This document shows positions 60,501 to 64,000 of a stretch of DNA of 64,000 nucleotides, one piece after another (the first letter of the stretch is position 1; every line of letters begins with the position of its first letter). A program made the position numbers and the translations under genes. The notes beneath the pieces are model-generated. The model had not been told where the DNA came from. It was given only the letters and a program-made list of their open reading frames with translations, and did not search any database. This DNA is from Microcoleus sp. (GTDB taxonomy: Bacteria > Cyanobacteriota > Cyanobacteriia > Cyanobacteriales > Microcoleaceae), in NCBI GenBank assembly GCA_042408215.1, contig JAYFMW010000019.1, positions 1-64,000 on the forward strand. The letters are read 5' to 3'.

Positions 60501-60665
60501 AAGGTAGCAGACTCCCAAAATTCACCAGAAGGAATCAAAGGTTTTATGCTCGCAGTAAAAGATTGCTATCTAGATCAAATTCCCGGTGCAAAAGATACCG
60601 ACTTTCTGCCACAACAAATCACATCGCGCTATAATGTAAGTACCGTAGTGCCTGTATCTCCTTAA
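57582..60665 (+). CDS. signal peptide + HEAT repeats + TM + NACHT-like P-loop NTPase
   Basis: Signal-like N-terminus; about 13 VR..AA.ALG.IG.EAK.AVP.L repeats; TM near aa 535-560; WEEGGAGKT and LVIVD motifs; F...VAEYLAA. Confidence 0.8.
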   Translation: MTKHYRQRLITVIALSFLSFTSPLLLIRNARAGIVYEPTANPKEIASLIEKLKTNDERELDTAIEKLGKIGEPAIPALSEALRDQNLLVRRSAAQVLAKIGHPAIPDLAKALNNPDAGVRSSAASALGGIGPEAKTAVPKLIFLLKDREANVRGSAASALGSIGPEAKTAARPLVPLLKDREASVRSSAAYALDRIGAEAKDAVQDLVPLLKDSDVGVRRDAAYALGRIGAEAKTAVPQLVRLLTNSDVGVRRTATYALEGIGAEAKAAVPQLIALLKEDSDANVRRNAAYALGNIGAEAKDAVPQLILLLNNSDANLRGSAAYALGDIGAKTIVPKLIPLLNNSDPTNDANVRWRAVYALGKMGAEAKIAVPQLILRLKDSDANVRSSAANVLGGIGAEAKDAVPQLILLLKDSNVNVRSSAVSALKSIGAETKTVVPELVGQLKDSDTNVRSSAASALESIALSLQEKAKTLTSPELNQAVSNLESALKVLAEHKDDFSQSTIANLRLYITVLKAEKNDRLFVKSIIQNPYIWGTGIYLFLLCGTFAIRPLWLLKIYETLKPIGFKIPVLGTDVSLGNLIFFKYHPRVLDAWVTAHIQATREEFQNRKTVRDRKIFVPIPVILDNNTIATLKGQYLQPTFAKKRGCLLIWEEGGAGKTSLACQIGKWAMSDHPEERICSHRMLPVLIEEELKVAEGKQPFIEAIRGQLQDLNDTTEAISEELLEQLLKQRRILVIVDHFSEMSEQTRTAIKPEMPDFPVNALLVTSRLEEPLGLVTKTAIKPLRIAGNRLSSFMESYLNQRQKRDLFSDTEFFNACIQLSTIAGDRNITVLLAKLYADQLITKKEGTTDGNLPDNIAELMLHYLNQLNRSVTENKLSDATVHKDAKIIAWECLKQTYRPAAANRQNAIDALGGENAESRIKYLEDKLRIIQTKGVSHDQIHFALDPVAEYLAALHLLDINGTDESKWQDFLKVADSQNSPEGIKGFMLAVKDCYLDQIPGAKDTDFLPQQITSRYNVSTVVPVSP

Positions 60666-60960
60666 TATCAAATCCGTTATACCAATTTAATGGGTCGTTG
60701 CAGATATCTCGATCCCCCTAAATCCCCCTTAAGAAGGGGGACTTTGAGAATAATCTTGTCCCCCCCCCTTGTAGGGGCGGTGCCCCCGTGCCCGCCCTTG
60801 GTTAGGGGGTATCAGACTCTATGCAGCCTCATAAAAAATTTGTATTAGCATGATCGGGCGTAAAATCAAGTCAACAGTCAACAGTCAACAGTCAACAGTC
60901 AACAATCATTCCGGTGCAACCGGAATTGATATCACATCTCCCAGGGACAATTGTATAACA

Positions 60961-61854
60961 ATGTACATACCAGATTCGCAATCTTCCCAAGCAAAAGCGT
61001 TGCCGACGATGTACGATCTACCCAGTGAAGACCCGGAGGACCCAGGCTTGCCTGACGAATATCACCGGTGGCAAGCACAACTTTTGTGCGATAGCTGCCT
61101 CCCTTCTAATTATCCAGCCGATCGCGTATTTTCGGCCAGCGATCTTAATCTATACTACGACTCCAGCCATCCCAATTGGTACAAAAGACCCGATTGGTAC
61201 TTAGTTGTGGGCGTTTCGAGATTTTACCAAGACAGAGACTTGCGCCAAAGTTACGTGATTTGGGATGAAGCAGTCAATCCTTTAATTGCGATCGAATTTC
61301 TGTCGCCCGGTACGGAAGATGAAGATTTGGGGCTGACAGCATCGGAACCAAACAAACCGCCGACTAAGTGGCAGGTTTACGAGAGAATTTTGCAGATTCC
61401 TTATTACTTTGTTTTTAGTAAATACAACAACCAATTGAGAGTATTTCGCTTAATTGGCAACCGTTACCGCGAACAAATATTAACAGGTTCTCGATTCTGG
61501 ATACCGGAAATAAAGTTGAGTTTGGGTTTGTGGGAAGGTTCTTTCCTACAAAATCAGAGGTTGTGGCTGCGTTGGTATGATATTAATGGCAATTTAGTTC
61601 TGACTCCTGAAGAATTTGAAAGACAGCGAGCGCAATTGGAAAGCCAACGAGCTGAATTGGAAAGTCAACGAGCCGAATTTGAAAGACAGCAAGCTGAAAT
61701 TGAAAGACAGCAAGCTGAATCAGAAAGGCAACGAGCCGAATTTGAAAGACAGCAAGCTGAATCAGAAAGGCAACGAGCCCAATCAGAAAGGGAGCGAGCA
61801 AATCGTTTAGCCGATCGCCTCCGAGGGATGGGCATTAATCCAGATGAGTTGTAA
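60961..61854 (+). CDS. Uma2 family endonuclease with coiled-coil tail
   Basis: LPTMYDLPSE, DLNLYYD, RPDW, IEFLSP, WLRWYD, (ERQRAE)n, LRGMGINPDEL; start placed at ATG 60961. Confidence 0.9.
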   Translation: MYIPDSQSSQAKALPTMYDLPSEDPEDPGLPDEYHRWQAQLLCDSCLPSNYPADRVFSASDLNLYYDSSHPNWYKRPDWYLVVGVSRFYQDRDLRQSYVIWDEAVNPLIAIEFLSPGTEDEDLGLTASEPNKPPTKWQVYERILQIPYYFVFSKYNNQLRVFRLIGNRYREQILTGSRFWIPEIKLSLGLWEGSFLQNQRLWLRWYDINGNLVLTPEEFERQRAQLESQRAELESQRAEFERQQAEIERQQAESERQRAEFERQQAESERQRAQSERERANRLADRLRGMGINPDEL

Positions 61855-61926
61855 AATTAAATAGCAGCATGAAATGGTGCAAGCTGCAAGCGCTGTCCAT
61901 AAAAATTTATTAACAAAAAACTACTT

Positions 61927-63795
61927 ATGCCAGAATCTACCTCACTGCGCGATCGCTACTTAGCCCTCATCGACAAAATTGTCGAAATCACCCTCAAAGG
62001 TCAAATTCGCTCCAAAGAACAAGTTTATCAAATGCTCGTGCAAGACATCGGCACCGGCACCGGCGAAATCTTTGAACGCTGCTTCGGAGAACGCCTGGAT
62101 GCCACCGAAAACCTGCTAAAAAATGAAAAAGACGAAATCAAACAAGCCAAAGCAAATCGCACCCTCAGAGCCCTAAAAACCATCCAAGGAGAATGGGAAC
62201 GCTGGCAAAAGGACAACCGAGTTTCTAGTGCGATCGCATCGGCAATTCAACAAATTATTGCCGCCGAACCTAACAGCCGTCTCCTAGCATTATTGCAAGT
62301 AATTGACCCCAACAAAGAACTTCCCCTGACTCTCGATCAATTGCAGCAATTAGCAAAAATCCTGCACCAACAAATGCTGCAAACTTCCAATCCTGAAACC
62401 GAAAGAGACTTGCAGCAAATCACCTCCGGGATTGCCAAAGGTTTAGAATCTTGGCAACGACTGGAACCGGAACTCGTGGGCTGGATTTATCAGCCGCAGC
62501 AGCTAGGATTTGCCGGTTCTCCCGAACAAAACGGGCCTTGGGCTTTTTGGGCAAAAAAGGTGAAAAGTCCTTTTGCTCACGCTCTTTTGAATGCCATTGC
62601 ACTCGGTGAATCGATCGTTGAATTAGCTGCAAAAACCTCTAATTTAGAGTTGGGCGCTTTGGTAGAATTAGGGATTATTTTGCAGTGTTTGCAGCGGGCT
62701 TTGGCGACATGGTTTGACAAGCAAGTTTATGATTCCAAAGTGTCAACAAAAGCTTCAATTTCTACTTACATTACTTTTTCGGTAATTTGGAGTCAGTTAG
62801 CCAGCGGATTTAATAATTCTACCAAAAGCGGCGAGCAGTTGGCAAATGCTTGTTTTCAAGTAACGCTGCAAATTTTGCGTGCTTTTTCTCAACGGGAATA
62901 TTTTCCGCTTTACGGCGGGATTTTCGCCTCCTTTGATGGCAAATCTCTGCGGCATACTTTGGAGTATTTAGACGAACCGCTGCGACGGGTAGAAGGTACT
63001 CAAGCTAAGGCTCGAATTCTGACGCTTTTGGGTTATTCGATGGGGGCTATGGGAGCCTACGAACGTGCTATCTTACTGCACAAAGAAGCCCTGGAAATTG
63101 CCCGTCTGGAAGATGATAAAGCCTGCGAAGTTGCTAATCTCAATCACATCAGCCGTAACTATGTTGCTCAGAAAAACTATCAGGAAGCGATTAATTACAG
63201 TCAGCGGGCTTTAATTATGGCACGACAAGCGGGTGAGCGACAAGGTGAGGCGAATGCTTTGGCTAATTTGGGTTACAGCGAGGTGTTTCAAGCCCGACAG
63301 TTGGAGGAGGTGGAACCGGAGGTTTATGAAAGTGCGATCGGCTATTTGGAGCAAGGTTTGTTGCTGTCGGAAAGGTTGGGCGATCGCCAAAGTCAAGCTT
63401 TTTGTTCCAGCAGTCTGGGAATTGCTAAAATTGCGTTGAAAAATTCTGAAAGTGCGATCGAATATTTGGTCAAAGGTTGGCAAGCGGCCCAATTCTCCGG
63501 GGACTTATATTTGCAAGGTCTGAATTTGGCTTATTTAGCTCAAGCTTATTATAGCATTAATGAGCTAGAAAAAGCTATATTTGCTGGTAGTTTGGGTATG
63601 TATACTTTGGAGCAAATTGGGGCGATGGAGTGGCGTCAATCGGCGGGTTTGCTGACTATTTTGCGGGGACAAATGGGGGCGGAAGCTTTTAAAGAGTCTT
63701 TGGCTAAGAGTCGAGCAAAGATCATTCCGGCGATCGGTGTTGACGGTTACGATTACATCCCGGAATTGTTGGAAAAATATCAGCAATCTATCTAA
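61927..63795 (+). CDS. tetratricopeptide repeat protein
   Basis: C-terminal TPRs (A..LH.EAL.IAR..D...E...L); cyanobacterial-type N-terminus LRDRYL.LID.IV. Confidence 0.85.
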   Translation: MPESTSLRDRYLALIDKIVEITLKGQIRSKEQVYQMLVQDIGTGTGEIFERCFGERLDATENLLKNEKDEIKQAKANRTLRALKTIQGEWERWQKDNRVSSAIASAIQQIIAAEPNSRLLALLQVIDPNKELPLTLDQLQQLAKILHQQMLQTSNPETERDLQQITSGIAKGLESWQRLEPELVGWIYQPQQLGFAGSPEQNGPWAFWAKKVKSPFAHALLNAIALGESIVELAAKTSNLELGALVELGIILQCLQRALATWFDKQVYDSKVSTKASISTYITFSVIWSQLASGFNNSTKSGEQLANACFQVTLQILRAFSQREYFPLYGGIFASFDGKSLRHTLEYLDEPLRRVEGTQAKARILTLLGYSMGAMGAYERAILLHKEALEIARLEDDKACEVANLNHISRNYVAQKNYQEAINYSQRALIMARQAGERQGEANALANLGYSEVFQARQLEEVEPEVYESAIGYLEQGLLLSERLGDRQSQAFCSSSLGIAKIALKNSESAIEYLVKGWQAAQFSGDLYLQGLNLAYLAQAYYSINELEKAIFAGSLGMYTLEQIGAMEWRQSAGLLTILRGQMGAEAFKESLAKSRAKIIPAIGVDGYDYIPELLEKYQQSI

Positions 63796-63796
63796 T

Positions 63797-63906
63797 TAGG
63801 ACTTACGCATGGGAGCCGAGAAACCGGGTTTTTTACGAAAAGACGCATTGCAGCCCGCAGATTGGGTAAAAAACCCGGTTTCTTTGTCGGAGTGCGTCCA
63901 GGACTG
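63797..63906. mobile_element. MITE-like element
   Basis: TAGGACTTACGCA left end, degenerate TGCGT right end, internal GAAACCGGGTTTTT inverted pair. Confidence 0.6.
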
Positions 63907-64000
63907 TTAATATTAAATCCCGGTTCGTTACCCATTTGATCGATCGCCGGTAATTGATGTTTTTATACTTGCTAACAACTAATGTTCAACTATCACCGGC

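Overview
Cyanobacterial chromosome window. Dense HIP1 GCGATCGC, petM, ycf39 and STRR heptamer tracts support this; the repeat families suggest a filamentous Oscillatoriales/Microcoleus-type genome (inference). It is mostly housekeeping and transport genes: a split liv/nat ABC system, era, two NAD kinases, pdxA, birA, mfd and cobN. An rRNA-operon-type promoter and leader point out of the left edge. The most notable structure lies between era and nadK (about 17.3-22.9 kb). It is a decaying, integrase-less array of co-oriented gene cassettes bounded by attC and attC-like sites, one of them textbook with both extrahelical bases. The array carries methyltransferases, a Septu/PtuAB-like ATPase+HNH pair with no reverse transcriptase, a Uma2 nuclease, toxin-antitoxin debris and unknown small genes. 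Other highlights: large in-frame expansions of palindromic intergenic repeats inside cobN (smaller ones in pdxA and mfd); nested MITE/REP elements; an sxtIJK-like carbamoyltransferase locus with three SGNH-like genes but no saxitoxin core genes; and a signal peptide-HEAT-TM-NACHT receptor-like protein. Several 1-2 bp indels could be assembly errors. All calls come from reading the sequence; no searches were run.
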